Positions 13,351-27,900 of a DNA stretch of 63,779 nucleotides are shown piece by piece. Position 1 is the first letter of the stretch, and every line of letters starts with the position of its first letter. The stretch is from contig CM097885.1 of the NCBI GenBank assembly GCA_044892525.1, positions 73,656,222-73,720,000 of the forward strand, written 5' to 3'. This DNA comes from Schmidtea polychroa. Taxonomy: Eukaryota. Position numbers and translations under genes: made by a program. The notes beneath the pieces are model-generated. The model was not told the origin of the DNA, did not search any database, and was given only the letters and a program-made list of their open reading frames with translations.

Positions 13351-14154
13351 TTTGGCGCACAGGCTCAGGTTAGGCTTTAAATTTTACTGCGTTTAAACTG
13401 GATTCGTTCTAAAATATACAGAATAATCCTTTCGATATTATTTGAAGATTATTACTGAATTCTAAATAAGCAGCATCTTTTAAACTGTAGATTCTACAGT
13501 GTAGAATGTCCGGAATTACAATGAATGTTTCTGTTGCATTTTCTGTACTTTTCGTTAAAATAAAAATATTATAATCTTAGAAAAATTAAGTATTCAGAGA
13601 GGATATTTGTATAAGAAAATATTTGATTGATTTACTGTAAACATTATTTATAACGTATTTTATCAGACAAATCAAGAACGGGAATAACTAATAGCATTGC
13701 AATAATTATTAATTTAAGATATAATTCCCGAAAGTCGACCAAAATAAAAATTATCCAGAAAATCCAGAATGTTATTTGTAAATATCTTGAATTAACATAC
13801 TTCATATATAGCTTCATATCTCGAGTATAATAAATTAAAGAAATTCAAATTGAAAATCTATCATTTTAATTGTTAGCACGTAATAAACAAAACAAAAATT
13901 TTCAAACAATTTTAAAAAATCAATATTTTTTACTGAATAAAAAAGTTGATTTTTTGAATCTTTACTGTAGTAAATTTACTATAGAAAATAAATATTCTGA
14001 TTGGCCAATAACTAGTTTCACAGCACGCACTCGACAGCGAATAATCATTGATATCATAACAAACCAATCAAAGACGACAATAATTTTTTATTAAAGTAGA
14101 ATTCATCTACAAAGTTATACATGCATATAAATGAACATATACACAATATAATCA

Positions 14155-17100
14155 TTATTCTGGAACTGAGGAATCCAACCGCGACGAAGCGATTCGTAGC
14201 AACATCGTGACTTTGTCCTTCAATATCGGGCTGTTCTCCCGGTCGAGATAAACCTGCAACCTGCGCACGACGCCCTTGAGCACCTTGCCAGCGTGGGCCT
14301 TGATGCCTGCCTCATTCGTATCCAAGGATAACAGAGCGTCAAATAGGTATCTAATTAATATCCATCAATGGATATAAATCGGTTGTCAATGGCAACTAAC
14401 TCGAATTTTATCTCGAAACGATCATGAAAGTCCCTGGACAGCTGTTGGATGAGAGCTAGAATGCTGCTGCTGTGTAATAGCGACGGTTTCTGGGAATTGC
14501 AGCTGAGCACCGCCTTGGTATTGATCCTGCTGCAAACCTTGAGGAGGAGGCGCATATCAGTCATTGCGAGGGCCTGGGCAATTATCATCATTCACAATCA
14601 CCAATCGCCATAAATTCTCACCTCATTCAATGCGCCCTGATAATCACTGGCAATAATCAATTTGTCCAGTTTCTGTTCCCGTGTCGCCTGCTGGTCGTGC
14701 ATATTGATATTCATCATTGAGTTGGCCTGGCTGAGATGCACTGAGTTTCTGGTTCGGTAATCAGCACTGCTGTTTATTGATTCCTGGATTACAATGGTAA
14801 CGGTTACATTGTTGCCATTGGCAATGGTGATTTATCAAATATTTGTTTCATTATTCACATTTATAAAAGAAACGGTAATCAATACTATCCACTTTTGTTA
14901 TAGTAATTATAAATATTAAATAATAAAAAATTATATAAAAAAATTATTAATAAATAATAATAATAATAATAATTAAATAATATATATATATATTTTTAAT
15001 TATTATTTTTATTATATTTTTTTTTATTATTATTATATATATAATAAAATTAATAATAAATATAATAATAATATTAATAATATATAAAAAATTATTAATA
15101 AATAAAAATAATAATAATTAAATTATATATATATATTTTAATATATTATTTTTATTATATTTTTTATTATTATTATATATATAATAAAATTAATAATAAA
15201 TATAATAATAATATTAATATTAAATAATGATAATAATAAAAAAATATATAATNNNNNNNNNNNNNNNNNNNNNNNNNNNNNNNNNNNNNNNNNNNNNNNN
15301 NNNNNNNNNNNNNNNNNNNNNNNNNNNNNNNNNNNNNNNNNNNNNNNNNNNNNNNNNNNNNNNNNNNNNNNNNNNNNNNNNNNNNNNNNNNNNNNNNNNN
15401 NNNNNNNNNNNNNNNNNNNNNNNNNNNNNNNNNNNNNNNNNNNNNNNNNNNNNNNNNNNNAACGCCTGATTCACTTGCGTAATTTCGCCATGTTGCTTGT
15501 TGAAACCGTCAGTGAGAATTGATCGACTGGTTGACACCTCGCTTACTAACTGTGTCAATCTGGCGTTCAATTCTCCAGTAACGGCCAATCCGAGTGATTT
15601 GTGAAGGGTTGTCATGCCAGTTGTCAAGTGTTCGTCAACATTCCTCAGCGACATTTTATTTGCATCACTAACCGAACCGAGAACTGGAAACATAAGCAAT
15701 CATTACCGATTGTCTTCATATCAATTTTCTAACCCTCCTTGATTCCATCACCAAATACTTCTCTCGTATCGATAAATAATCGATCGATCGTCTTAGACAA
15801 CGCGGGAGCGAGCTCTTTGCGGCACATGTCGAAATAAGCAGCTCTCAGTGGCTTATCGAGGCAATCAGCAATGATATTGGCAATGAAGGAAATGAATTTC
15901 TACATTTACCATACCGATTACGTCATGGAATTACTCAACAACCAATATAGTAAGTACCTTATCGTGCAATAAACTGCTAAGGAAATCCCGACAACCTGAT
16001 TCAACAGATGCCAACTTGATCCGGATCATATCATCTAGACGTGCATTCATTTCCCCAATCAAACGCGATATCACTGAATTACCATTATTTATTATGTTAC
16101 GTAATCACTCGGTAGCAATGATAATCAATCAATCAACACGAGAAATCATACTCACCACATTCTATCATCTCTGTAAGCCGCATTTGTTCCAACCATTCCG
16201 TAACCGATTGCTGGCATGACTTGATCAACTGTTCAATCATCCGCTCTCCTGACTGTTGCTGTTTCTGACAGAGTTCCTTGCATCCGCACCGGCATAAATT
16301 ATTGCCACGCCCATTCTGCAATTCTTTTACAGCTTTTGTTAGCATTTCCAATTGCTGGGCTTGCATTATTATCATTGATTCCAATCGCGACAAGATCGCC
16401 AGTTCACTTGTTCCATTCACCATATAGTCTTTGTTTTCTTTCGGCTGATCTGCCGTCACTGGTCTTAGCGAGGAATCGAATCGGACATCACTTGCAGAGT
16501 TCCTTAATTATTATTATCAATTTCGTTTGATTTCTCTTTCTTTCTTTCTCACCATGCAGCATTCTCGGTACAGGGTGGCATCGGGAATCCCCCACATTCT
16601 TCATCCATGTCACTGGAAACTGGGAATTTATTTTCAGGAATAGGGATTTCATTTTGTTTACGACATGTATCTTCATCCTCTTCATCATCGTTTGTATCTT
16701 CTTTGCGCTGCCTTAATCGACCAATAAGAACTCGTCAATATCCATCATTATATATCCTAACATTAACAGCTCCACAAGTGACGCCTCATCACCAGATTCA
16801 TCACCGGAATCATTCACGACCGGCTTCCTATCTTTTGATCCTGAAAATAAATGCTGCAAAGTCGGAGGAATTTCTGTGGATAAAGATGACAAAATGCCAA
16901 TATTTGAGTGCATTTGTGTGCTAATAATTGCAGGGTCCTGAAAACTGCTGTTTGCCGATGGCAAGCTGGATACCTAAAGATAGAGAGATAATATATGATG
17001 GGTGAGTCAGGTAAAAAGGAGATTAACATGAGTCAATAAGCTGGTTGATACTGGCAATTGATCAAGTTCAACGTGAGGCGTGTCGCGATCAACAATTTCG

Positions 17101-20100
17101 TCATTGATATCAACAAGAATCTCATTCAAACGGTGGCCACGCGACACATAAGATACGCGCATCTTTTGGAATGCTCTACAAGGTAGTCAGTCATCTAATT
17201 AAATCCCCGAAGTCCCTTATCACTTACCCTTTAGTAATGGTGAACATTTTGATGACGATTTGGTTCTCTTCATCTATATAATAATAATAATTTAATGTCA
17301 AAGCTGCCAGAAATTCATCAAATCGACTCACCGGAACTTGCAGTGTGAGTGATTACATTGATATCAAACGATAACAGTGATTGGGTAAGCACAAACTCTT
17401 GGACATTTTTGAATAATTTCGTTTTATTGTTATCAATTGAGTCCAACTCCAACACATACAGAGCTTTGCGTCGGATATCGGACATGATTAGAAATCGTGC
17501 TGATTGGTCGATATGGGCAGATAATAAACACGGCGTAACCGGAGATTGAAAGGAAATTGTTTGTATGCAATCCCATTTGTCACATCGGAACAATTTCAAT
17601 TCCCGATTGAATGCACCGCCGACAACGACATGACACCAAAATGAATCACTAATGATGATAAATTCAAATCGAGAAATAGTTTTGTAGTAATAGCCTAGCT
17701 TACATATTGGTACCGGGCCGACAATCATCTAGAAATAGCAAACTCCATACCGCTTCTCCGTTAAATGGTCGCCACGAGTATGCCTCCCTAATACACGCTT
17801 AAAATTACTGTGGAATTATGATTTAGAGCAGTGGTTCCCAACCTGTGGTACGCGTAACGGTACAGGTACGCGATAAATAATAAGGAAAACAATATTTTGC
17901 GTAAAATAATGTGTTTTTATACGATAAATCATCAAACCAATACGTATATATAGTGGTTGGTAACAATGTGGCACATAATCATGAAACTGAGGCAGAGCTG
18001 TCATTTCTTAACAACCAAAAGCCGAACAAAGCTCGTGTCTCTCCGACGATTAACGCACGTGAATCATGTTCTTACATGTTTGGTATTCGACTTTAGTCGC
18101 ATCGCACACTTTTTCGCGCTATAACAGCTCTGAGGGGTAATTTATAATTACAATTACTTATAATTACAATAGTAACCAATGGTGTAATGGTACAACTCGT
18201 ACGCAACTAATATCCCGTATTGCACAAAATTGAGTAAGTTAAATATTAAATAAATTGAGTAAGTATATTTACATACTCTCAATTAATATTTCATGTTTTT
18301 GAACTTTATTGTTTTTCTTGTTTACAGTAAGCGGCCTGCCCCTTTTCTTTTAGGACTGCACCCCTTTTTAGGACTCGCTTTTCCTAAATTATTTATTTAC
18401 AGGTACGCCACTACATACCGGAACAACATTTTAAAAAGATTGAGAACCACTGATTTAGAGCATTAAGTAGTTCATGAGTGTATGTATATATCTATTTTGA
18501 CAAGAATTTACATGTTGAAGAATAAACTATTTATGATTTGACTCCAGTCACTGTGATGATTGATAAACAAATTTCGTTATTATCATGTATTTATTTAATC
18601 TTTTCCATTTACTTTCTCTTAAAGCTGAATTTCGTGATATATATGTCGTAGGCAAATGGTAATTTTAGGAAAATAACATTTGGCTAGGCAAAATTCCAGC
18701 TTTAGCTATTATTTCATTTCCATAATTTGTCCCCCTAGGGGTACGGGTCACAAGGGTACACGTACATTCAACACCANNNNNNNNNNNNNNNNNNNNNNNN
18801 NNNNNNNNNNNNNNNNNNNNNNNNNNNNNNNNNNNNNNNNNNNNNNNNNNNNNNNNNNNNNNNNNNNNNNNNNNNNNNNNNNNNNNNNNNNNNNNNNNNN
18901 NNNNNNNNNNNNNNNNNNNNNNNNNNNNNNNNNNNNNNNNNNNNNNNNNNNNNNNNNNNNNNNNNNNNNNNNNNNNNNNNNNNNNNNNNNNNNNNNNNNN
19001 NNNNNNNNNNNAGAAAATATGTAACAAGGACTTTGATCGATAATATTTCAATGCGTGCCATCAAAACAATGAGGAGTGTTACATTTTGAGACAAATTCCC
19101 TTTATTTTATTCACTGTATAAAGCATTTAGTCTATGCCAAAGATAAGATTGCATTGATGCCCGAAGATATTATAATCACTTCTAGATATAAATTTATGTT
19201 TCTCCGATTCTTCTATTCCTCATTTCTGAATTCAATCGAAAATTGTTTAACAAAGCAGAAAGGTTATGTTAGAATTTGTAGTGCTTGGGACAGAGGTGCT
19301 TTTCAATTTAATTTTTTTCTGCCTATAAATTTTAAAATGGATATTAAAGGACAATCAAAAAGTAAAAGATTTATGGGGAATTAAATATATAAATATAACG
19401 AAATTGATCGGTAATCATTATGTTGTATAAAATAAGATTTTTAATCATTGTAGCTGTGCACATTAAAATTAAAATGATAAAAATTATGAACATTTTATTT
19501 TTCGTGGTAAATATAATTCATATTGATTTTTCAGTGTTATTTGATTTTTATTGTGGGTTTTATACCTTATTAAATATTCATTAAATAAGTTCCCAATTAA
19601 AGACCATCTTGAAGCACTCCTACCTCGGGTTCCATTGAATTCTTTGAATTTGTCCCCCATCGTATTAAGAAACATAAATTAAAGCATTTTTATCCTTTTT
19701 AACGAATATAATTCAAATTTGTGTTTAAATATCGATTTTTAAGTGCTAAATTTAATTTTTATTTACCACGTTATCAAAAAGTTAGTTTAATACATTATGA
19801 AACATTCATAGATGGCGTGCCTTATAAAAAAGACATTAACCCCTACCCACCCTTTCCCAGTCCTTTGAATTGTCCCTTTTGTGGTAACCTCTTCTCATAG
19901 ACATGGAATGTCCATAACTCTTTGTAGAAGCTTATAGAATTGATAAATTGAAAATAGGAACTAACCAATATAGAGAAATCACAATTCCAACAAATCCATT
20001 GATTTGTCTTTCATATGTCACCCGACGGTGGAAAATAATGAAAAGAAAGAGTAAAGATCTTAAAAGCAGCTTACTAACAAAAAACAACATAAACTGGATA

Positions 20101-21501
20101 AATATGTATGAAGTGAACAAAAGTAATAGAACTTTATAACAAAATATCACTAATGGATAAATGTACACATTTACTCCAACCTTTATGGGACTCGCTAAAT
20201 ATCCTATCAATGAGTGAGACTAACTTTAATCCAGACGAGACACTGCCATCCAAGGTGAAGAATCTAACAGTTCCATCACGCAATGCTACCGCAAACGCCG
20301 CAGCGTCACTGCTGATGGCGAGACTGGTGATTTTTGAATCGTCACCAGGAGCCGTATACACCATATACGGAAGAAATAAATCAGCAAGGCTTTCACTCTC
20401 ATAAAATTGCTCTTGAAAACTAATGGAAATTGCACGAAGCCCGGCTCGATCAATGCGTGGTTCGTATTGTCCGCTGACAGATTGGGTCAATAAATCATTT
20501 TCGATTGTATCAATTTGCATGACTTCGAACTGAATCATAGATGAGAGAAAATGTCAACAAACAATGTTCATCTTACAGTTGATCCATGGACAACGCCGAG
20601 CAGGAGTGAGATATTTGTCCCTACTACATCTGTTTCTTCAATTCCATTTTCGTCGATATCATTATGCCAACACCACATCACCCGACTGTATGAGACTTTC
20701 ATTGATTTAACGGATTCCATTGACGGAACCGCTTTGATATGCAAAATTAATTGAGATTCAATAACTTCTGCATTTATATTGATCTAAATTTTGAAGAACA
20801 ATAATAAATAGTACACTGAATTAAATTATAAAATCATTTTGCAAAATAGCCAAATTTTCATTAAATAAAGTATGCTCTGGTCTAGCAAAATTTGATTTTA
20901 TTAAAATTTAAATGTAAATATTAATGTATTAGACATAATCAGACTATTTCATAATATGAATTACCACTTTTTCATCAGAATTTCATAGCTTTTATAGCCT
21001 TGATATTTATTAACTGATAATTCATAAATTCAAATTAATTTTTGTCTTTTACCTTATTAACTTTCACACTTCCATTGATATCAATTGAAGCTACATATGG
21101 TATATGACTTTTACTAAATGCTATATCTGTAATTTCTCCTGTAAAATCTTTAATTAGACATCGAGCTGAATGCTGTTCATTGAGAATTCTGATCATGTAA
21201 TTATTCGATATGGATAAAACATATGCTATTAAAGAGGTGTGCGGATGATACGATATCAAATGCCCCAAGGTGTATCTATCTTCCCAAGAATAATCCACAA
21301 CGTTTTTAGTGGTGATCTTATTACTAGCTTTAGAATCATCTTCTAAAGTTTTCGAACTAGGTTGAATAACCACATTGCGTGAATGAATAAGAATAGGTGA
21401 TCCTTCATCTATTTGATCGAAATTTCTAAATGCATTGATTCACAATCTATTTAATACAAATTAAAATGTTACATGACTTGTTGACTTTCACGGCTATTCA
21501 T
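14155..21501 (-). CDS. EDC4: Enhancer of mRNA-decapping protein 4 (Ge-1/Hedls), multi-exon
   Basis: ATG at 21501 (MNSRESQQVI-intron-NFDQ). WD40 segments VVDYSWEDRYTLGHLI..RCLIKDFTGEITDIAF, SLAISSDAAAFAVALRDGTVRFF, and FWCHVVVGGAFNRELKLF..CIQTISF..FLIMSDIRRKALYVLEL. Coiled-coil middle; conserved C-terminus ALAMTDMRLLLKVC..ILALIQQLS; TAA at 14155-14157. Confidence 0.93.
14930..15252. repeat. Pure-AT low-complexity tandem duplication next to an N gap, in an EDC4 intron
   Basis: A ~120-bp taa/tat-rich block occurs twice (~14960-15080 and ~15105-15220). Confidence 0.75.
17829..18452. mobile_element. hAT Buster/Charlie-type non-autonomous element in an EDC4 intron
   Basis: TIR cagtggttcccaa / ttgagaaccactg; perfect 8-bp TSD atttagag with central TA (Buster consensus). 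Confidence 0.93.
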
Positions 21502-22039
21502 AATTTCAAAGTTTTGCGAATTAAGTGTGTTTATTAAACAAACGTCTTATAATCTCAAATTACAAATTATTCAACATATATGAATTAATTTATGCTTAAT
21601 TCAAAATTAGAAAAATAATTTTATTTATTTTTAAATTTATAATAAAAAAAATTATACACCTTACTAAAATGGTATAAAATTTAATTGATTGGGTTATTAT
21701 TTAGGATCCATCAATTTCAAACTCTTTGATTCCATTATAACATTGATTCTTGCTAAAATTTCAAAGATCAAGTTGATTAATAAAGAAGACCACTTTTTTT
21801 ACAATAATAAAACTTTATAATTGTGTTTGGTTACTATTGACAAATGACTTCATTGTACAAGTAGTCTAGGCAGCGGAATTGCGTTATTTTGATTTCCTAT
21901 TTGAGGTAAAAGCAGGGATGCTTTCCCAAAATTTATCAACCGTTTCGCAGTGATATTTTCTTACAATTTTTTTTATTTTTTTAATATTAATATTTCCATC
22001 AAAATATTATGGTTTGTCAGAGTAGCAGACTTAGTCAAG

Positions 22040-22400
22040 AATGTTTCTTTTCGCTAGGCTGTAAACAGTGTTGAAGATTCTTGTAGTAGAACTAATAAAT
22101 TTCTCGTTCATATTATCGATGCATGATGTAAAAGTTTGTTTTTCAAGTATCTTGGCATGTTCAACAGCTAGTTTGTGTGCTTTTGATGCAAAATGTTCAC
22201 TCATTTTTTCCTTAAAGATGCTTGTTGCACTATTTTGTCTTTCCCCGATGTATTGATTCCATTTTTAAACAATACTCACATCCCAATTTCTGATTACTGA
22301 CAAATAGCCCATCATATTTAATTTTAAACTCCTTCAACTGTTTCACATTCCAACAGCTTGATAAATTATTATTGTCCTCATTTTGGGAACTAGGAATCTC
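22040..22400 (-). pseudogene. hAT transposase N-terminal remnant (KIAA1586/ZNF862-like)
   Basis: SCWNVKQLKEFKIKYDGLFVSNQKLGCEYC..QASLRKKMSEHFASKAHKLA..RIFNTVYSLAK. Confidence 0.6.
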
Positions 22401-22708
22401 TAGTATTTGTTCCTGTAAAGTTATTGAAACTGCTTCTTTCTCGGTTATAGTCGACCTGCTATCATTACTTACTGATGTTTCCTATCTTATTTTTTTCGAG
22501 AAATATGTGGTTAACATATTTTGTCTCTTCATCTTCAAAAAATAAAATAGGTATTTAAAAATAAATTATTTAACTTAAAGCATGAAAAAAGTTAATTGAA
22601 CTTACTTTATTAAATTTTTTAAAAATCTTCGGTTTTATTAGAAAATAAATTACTTAAATTAAAAACAAACTAGCACACACATTTAACGAATTACCACTAA
22701 AGTATAGC

Positions 22709-22940
22709 TTGAAATTAGAAAAAATCAACGGTTTCTGGTACGATGTCAACAACGAAAATTCACCAAGACTCCTACTACCAAAGGAATTCAGAAACACATG
22801 CATTTCAAAAGTGCATAACATAAAACACTTAGGAAATAAATCAACTTATAAAATAATTCATAACATATATATTTCGCCAAACACGAGAAAGGAAATTTAA
22901 ATGTTTGTAAAAACCTGCAAAGATGTCAATTCAATAAAAC
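22709..22940 (+). pseudogene. Retroviral-type integrase H2C2 zinc-binding domain remnant
   Basis: RLLLPKEFR..SKVHNIKHLG..YISPNTRKEI*MFVKTC(KR)CQ: HHCC pattern with a stop. Confidence 0.6.
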
Positions 22941-23325
22941 ATCAAAGATATCAGAAGTAGTATGTAATAAGGACTCCTGTGCATGTTCAACTCAATAACT
23001 TTTCAAGTATGTCAAGATAATCACATTGTCATGAAATATGTCAAGGTTAAATATAGATCAATTGAATAATTTTACTTTATTTTTTAAATAAATAGTTAAA
23101 CATACATGGTAACGATTTAATTATAAGAAAGCGCCACTGAAACATCAGTTTTGCGATATATTTAGACAGGTTTCATGTCATTATCAGTTAGGATATAATA
23201 ATTATATTTATTATATAAAATACCAGGAATGACGATGTCAACCTCCAGAACATATTCATGATTTCCATCAAACTCATTTCCATTCATATATCTTTTAATA
23301 ATATTTTCCATTTCAGTTTGATCTT

Positions 23326-24060
23326 CTAACAATCTAAACTCAGAAACAGTAAGTGTCTGAGATCAAGCCCATCCATTTGAGTCGACTTGTCTGCCTCAAC
23401 ATGATGTTTGTTGATAAATCTCATTCCGCCCCAAATACCTGCCTCAAACAAGCGGTACAGTTCTGGATCTTGAATACGTTCTATTGGTTTAGTGAGCTGT
23501 TTAACAACTGAAGCCCAACCCAATCCTGGGATAGAAACAAAATTTTTCAACAAATGTTTTGCTCTGAAAACTTCAAAAACATCAGCCAGCAGAAAAACAT
23601 TCAACTTAAGGTGCATTAGCATATAATCTAACAGCATCTTACAGTTGTACTGTTGCCATATTTGGATGTCATGTAAATATTCTGTTTGAGTAATTTCTGA
23701 CAAAATCGGTGGTAACTCAATTATGGTTTGAGTAATGATATTACATTAGAGGCCAAAGACCAAATGTGAAGCAGTTCAGAGTTTATTGCGTAATTCAATA
23801 CAATGTGTTAGTTATTGCTAATATACATGACTATTTAAGAATGATCAATAGGTGTTAATAATTAAATAAATCTTTAGATGGAACCGATTGTTGTAACTGT
23901 TTGTAATACCAAGATCGATGTAGCAACATCATAAGGGAATATACCTTTACCTGTCATTAGTAGCGAATTGACAGTAAGTTGAAGACTTGGTAAACTTTTT
24001 AATAAATTTGTCAAGTTGTTATTTAAAAATTGTAAGGAACCCATGAATCTAAGTCTTCTT
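23326..24060 (-). pseudogene. Protein-primed family B DNA polymerase remnant (Polinton/Maverick/adintovirus-like)
   Basis: LRFMGSLQFL..KGIFPYD (23930-24060) and LLDY..LNVFLLADVFEVFR..PGLGW..LFEAGIWGG (23326-23703), a decayed match to the DS..KG.FPY / DVLLLADVFE.FR / GIRGG motifs. Confidence 0.75.
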
Positions 24061-24414
24061 CTTTTTGTTGTCGTAAACGTGAGAAACCTTTCTGTTGATT
24101 GGAGAATAACATTTAAATTCCAATTGGTGAATTTACCAATTTAATATTTTAATGATATTTTCATGATCTTCTTTCAAAAATGAAGGTTCCACTATTAGAA
24201 TTACCTGGTAGACTAAAACCATATGCATTGATCAATATATCAAATTCATGAAAACCTTGGCATTGCTACACCACTGGAAGGCTTCCAAGCCCATAAAATA
24301 CTCTTAAGAAATCTCATTTGATATTTTATCAGTATTATTGCTAGATGTATTTATCGATTATGCTAATAATTAATTCACGTTTGCTTTGAAAGAAACTCGC
24401 TATATAAACTTATT

Positions 24415-24844
24415 CTTGTCGAGAAGGGGGCAGGGGGTGCAACTGTCCAAGGGCCCGGGTTCGATTTGTTATGTATTTAAATATAATATTACTGACACTT
24501 AAGTTGAGTTAACTACAATCAGTTTAAAATTCAAGCATCTGAATTCATTATACAGGCATCAACAAGTAGTTAGATCAACACCGGTGTCAATATTCAAAAA
24601 TAAACTAAATAAAGTTTTGAGATTTTTTTTTATTCTGGAATTAAAAACTGTTATATATACTAACCATGATTACTGAAATTGAAACCATGCGTATCATTTG
24701 TGTACTATAGAACACACCCACGGGCCACAAGCCATCACTTCAAATAAAACGTCATTTGCTATTTTATGCGTTGTACGATTAACAATTGTTTAGGGGCCCA
24801 TGAAATGCTCTGCCTAGGGGCCCGGAACAGCTGTCAGTGGGCCT
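24415..24844. mobile_element. Probable hAT-like MITE with eroded left end
   Basis: GC-rich gggggcagggggtgc..gggcccggg left end and ggggcccggaacagctgtcagtgggcctg right end; no TSD resolved. Confidence 0.35.
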
Positions 24845-24980
24845 GCCAACTACTATTGAGGCTACTATGTGAACCGACTTTGCTTATGTCTTAAACATGC
24901 GTTCTCGCGTGAAATTAAACATAAAAACTAAGACACTATCTGTAGGCATACTGATCTAAAGGAAGTGATCTCTTAGGAAG

Positions 24981-27900
24981 TGAAGTGAATTGAATAATAC
25001 GTTTTAATTCAAATATATTTTAATTTTAAATCTATTCTTTTAAAACATCTGTTTATTTAAACAATTTTAATAATATTAATTTCTTAATATTATTTCATGT
25101 CCTCCTCTAGAGCCCATTCTCCCAGTCTTGGCGGAGGTCTACGAATTCGATTGATCTTTCGAAGCTCGTTTTGAGAGGCATTGGGCATAACTTCTTCTGT
25201 CTGATCGTCGTTCATGTCTGACGTTTCATCTAGTGATAACGGAATTTCCTTCTCCATTGTTTTATTTAGCCTCTTTGGAGATAGTTGGTTGTTACTTGCT
25301 AATTTTATGATCGGGTTGTAGTCATTTTCTGAGATGACCCATGATGTATTCCTGCCCTTTGGCATGAGAAAAGTCTGACAAGAGGTGTCATTAGTTAAGC
25401 CAGATTTGTAGTCCACAACTTCGCTATGTTGGAATAGAGGTATTATCGGTCTGCGTATTAATCTCTCAAAAATCATTTCTGATGGGGATTTGCCTTCAAA
25501 ATCAGCAGATATCCGATGATTGAAGAAACTCGTCAAATTCAGTATGGCATTGACTTACCTTCCAACATTTTATACTCCTCTTGATGGTTTGAAATGCTCG
25601 TTCAACTTTGCCATTTGCCATTGGGATGTATGGCGGAGATTCCATTTACCGGCTTCTTGGTTCTCTAACCAAGACATCAATTCGTTACGACACATTCAGG
25701 GATACCGAAGCGAGTAAACACTGTTCTCAGACATTTGATAATGCCGGATGTGGTCCTCTCTTTCGTTCTAAAAGCTTCGATCCAACCCGAACCCGAATCA
25801 ACTATAATTAGAATGTTACCAACCTCCTTGGCGTATGCCCAGCCAAGATGTACTCGTAAAAACGCTTGACATCGGGCCATCGATTAACTTTTTTGATTGG
25901 ATTTGGTCAGATTTTCGAGCACATTGAACAATTTTTTTTCAAATTTCTCAATATCGTTTGTCATACCTGGCCACCAAGTTCATTATTCTGTAAGAAGTTT
26001 GCACTCCATTTTGTGTTTCTTTGTCGATTAAATTAAAAGCTTTTTGACGAAGTCTCTCGGGATTGAACACTCTAGTGCCATTATATAGCACTTGTTGTTG
26101 ATTGTGAGACTTTTATAACTTTTTTAAAATTGTGCTTCAAATTGACTGCATTTGGACCATCTTCCACTTATCACTCGTTGCATAATTCCTTTCAACCGTT
26201 CATCAATCTCAAATTCATTTAAAATTTCTTTTGGATCTAAAACATTACAAAATGTGACGTTGTAAATTTGTGGCGCATTCATTGTGTCGAAATCAACATT
26301 TTCCTTGCCTGCATCTTTGAATTTAAGTCTTGACATGGCATCCGCGTGTGGGATCTGTGCTCCCGGAATATATGTCATAGTCGTATTTCATCAGTTGTAT
26401 TGCCCATTTTGTTACCCGTGCAGAGACTTGTTCTGGGATTGCCCTGTCACTTCCAAATAAATATTTCAAAGGACAATGATCGGTCTGAATTAAGAATTTT
26501 CTTCCTAGAAAGAAATCACTCAACCTGCTTACAGACCATACAACAGCTAAGGCTTCTCTTTCTATGTTTGAATAATTACGTTCTGCTTGGCTCAGAGTTC
26601 GGGAAACATAAGGCACTGGGTAACCTTCTTGAGTTAGAACTGCTCCGATGGCGTTCAAGGATGCGTCTGTCGTCAGAGTCACTTCTTTTTCAAGGGAGTA
26701 CGATTTCACTACCGGATGATCGGATAATTCCTTATTTAGTTGATAGAAACTTTCCTAACATTTCTCTTTCCAAACAAAAATACTATCTTTCTTTCTCAGG
26801 CTGTTCAAAGATGCAATTTTGTCCGAGTATTTGGGAATGAGTCTACCAAAATAATTTGTTAGTCTGATGAAGCTTTCTACTTTTTTCCTATTCGTAGGAA
26901 CAATGATGTCTTGTAATTTTCTTACTAACTTATTATCCGACTAAACACCTCGACTAGATATATTGAACCCTAAAAACCTAATTTCATAGACGTATTCAAT
27001 TGACTTTTCTTTGTTTACGGTGATTTTCCTTTTTTGGCGTTGCTAACCGTTTTTTAAACGAAATATCATTATCTCCAAAAACCAGAACATCATCTTGGTA
27101 TATAAGAATACTTTTTATATCTGATAAAATTTCCTCCGTGGTTCTTTGAAATATCGCCGAAGCATTTTACATGCCCATCTGCAGGCAATTTACATAGTAT
27201 AAGACTTTTGATGTATTAATGATTGATAGTTGTCGTTCCTCTTTATAAAGCTCGATTTGCCAATAGGCCGATTTCAGGTCTACTTTGGCAAAACATTTTG
27301 CATTTTTCATGCGTGCAAATATAGCTTCTATCTTGGGTAGGTGATATGATTCCGTCTTGATATTCTGGTTTATATGAACTTTGAAATCCACACACATCCT
27401 TAAATCTCCATTCTCTTTTTTTACCCATACTACGGGAGAACAATTCATTAATGAATCTTTGCATTGTGAGATGACTCCCATTTCCTCAAGACGTGATAAT
27501 TCCTCGTTGATTCTTGTTTCCATTGCCAACGGTAAGGTTCTTGCTATACAGAATACATTCCTAGCCTCTTTTATTGGTATCATTGGGGCTTGAATTTCTT
27601 TGATTGTGGGAAGAAGTGCACTTTATTGTGACATTGTGATTGCTGGTTTCTGCTTCTAAAAGATCTCTGCCTTAAAGACCATATGTTTTATCTGATTCAA
27701 TAAAAGTTAATGTTACGACCTGACGCTTGGTTTTAGTTTCTACATCAGCAGAAAACTGACCTCGACACATCATCGTATGACCATCGTATGCTGACAATCT
27801 AACTTGCGAGAGGGTTAACTGAGGTTTACTTATATTCTCCCACATCCTGTACGATATTATGGACACATCTGCACCCGTGTCAACCTGCATAAGCACCTCT

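Noticed and set aside
19076-19700. Short ORFs inside an EDC4 intron next to a gap
   Set aside because: No recognisable family or splice-consistent model.
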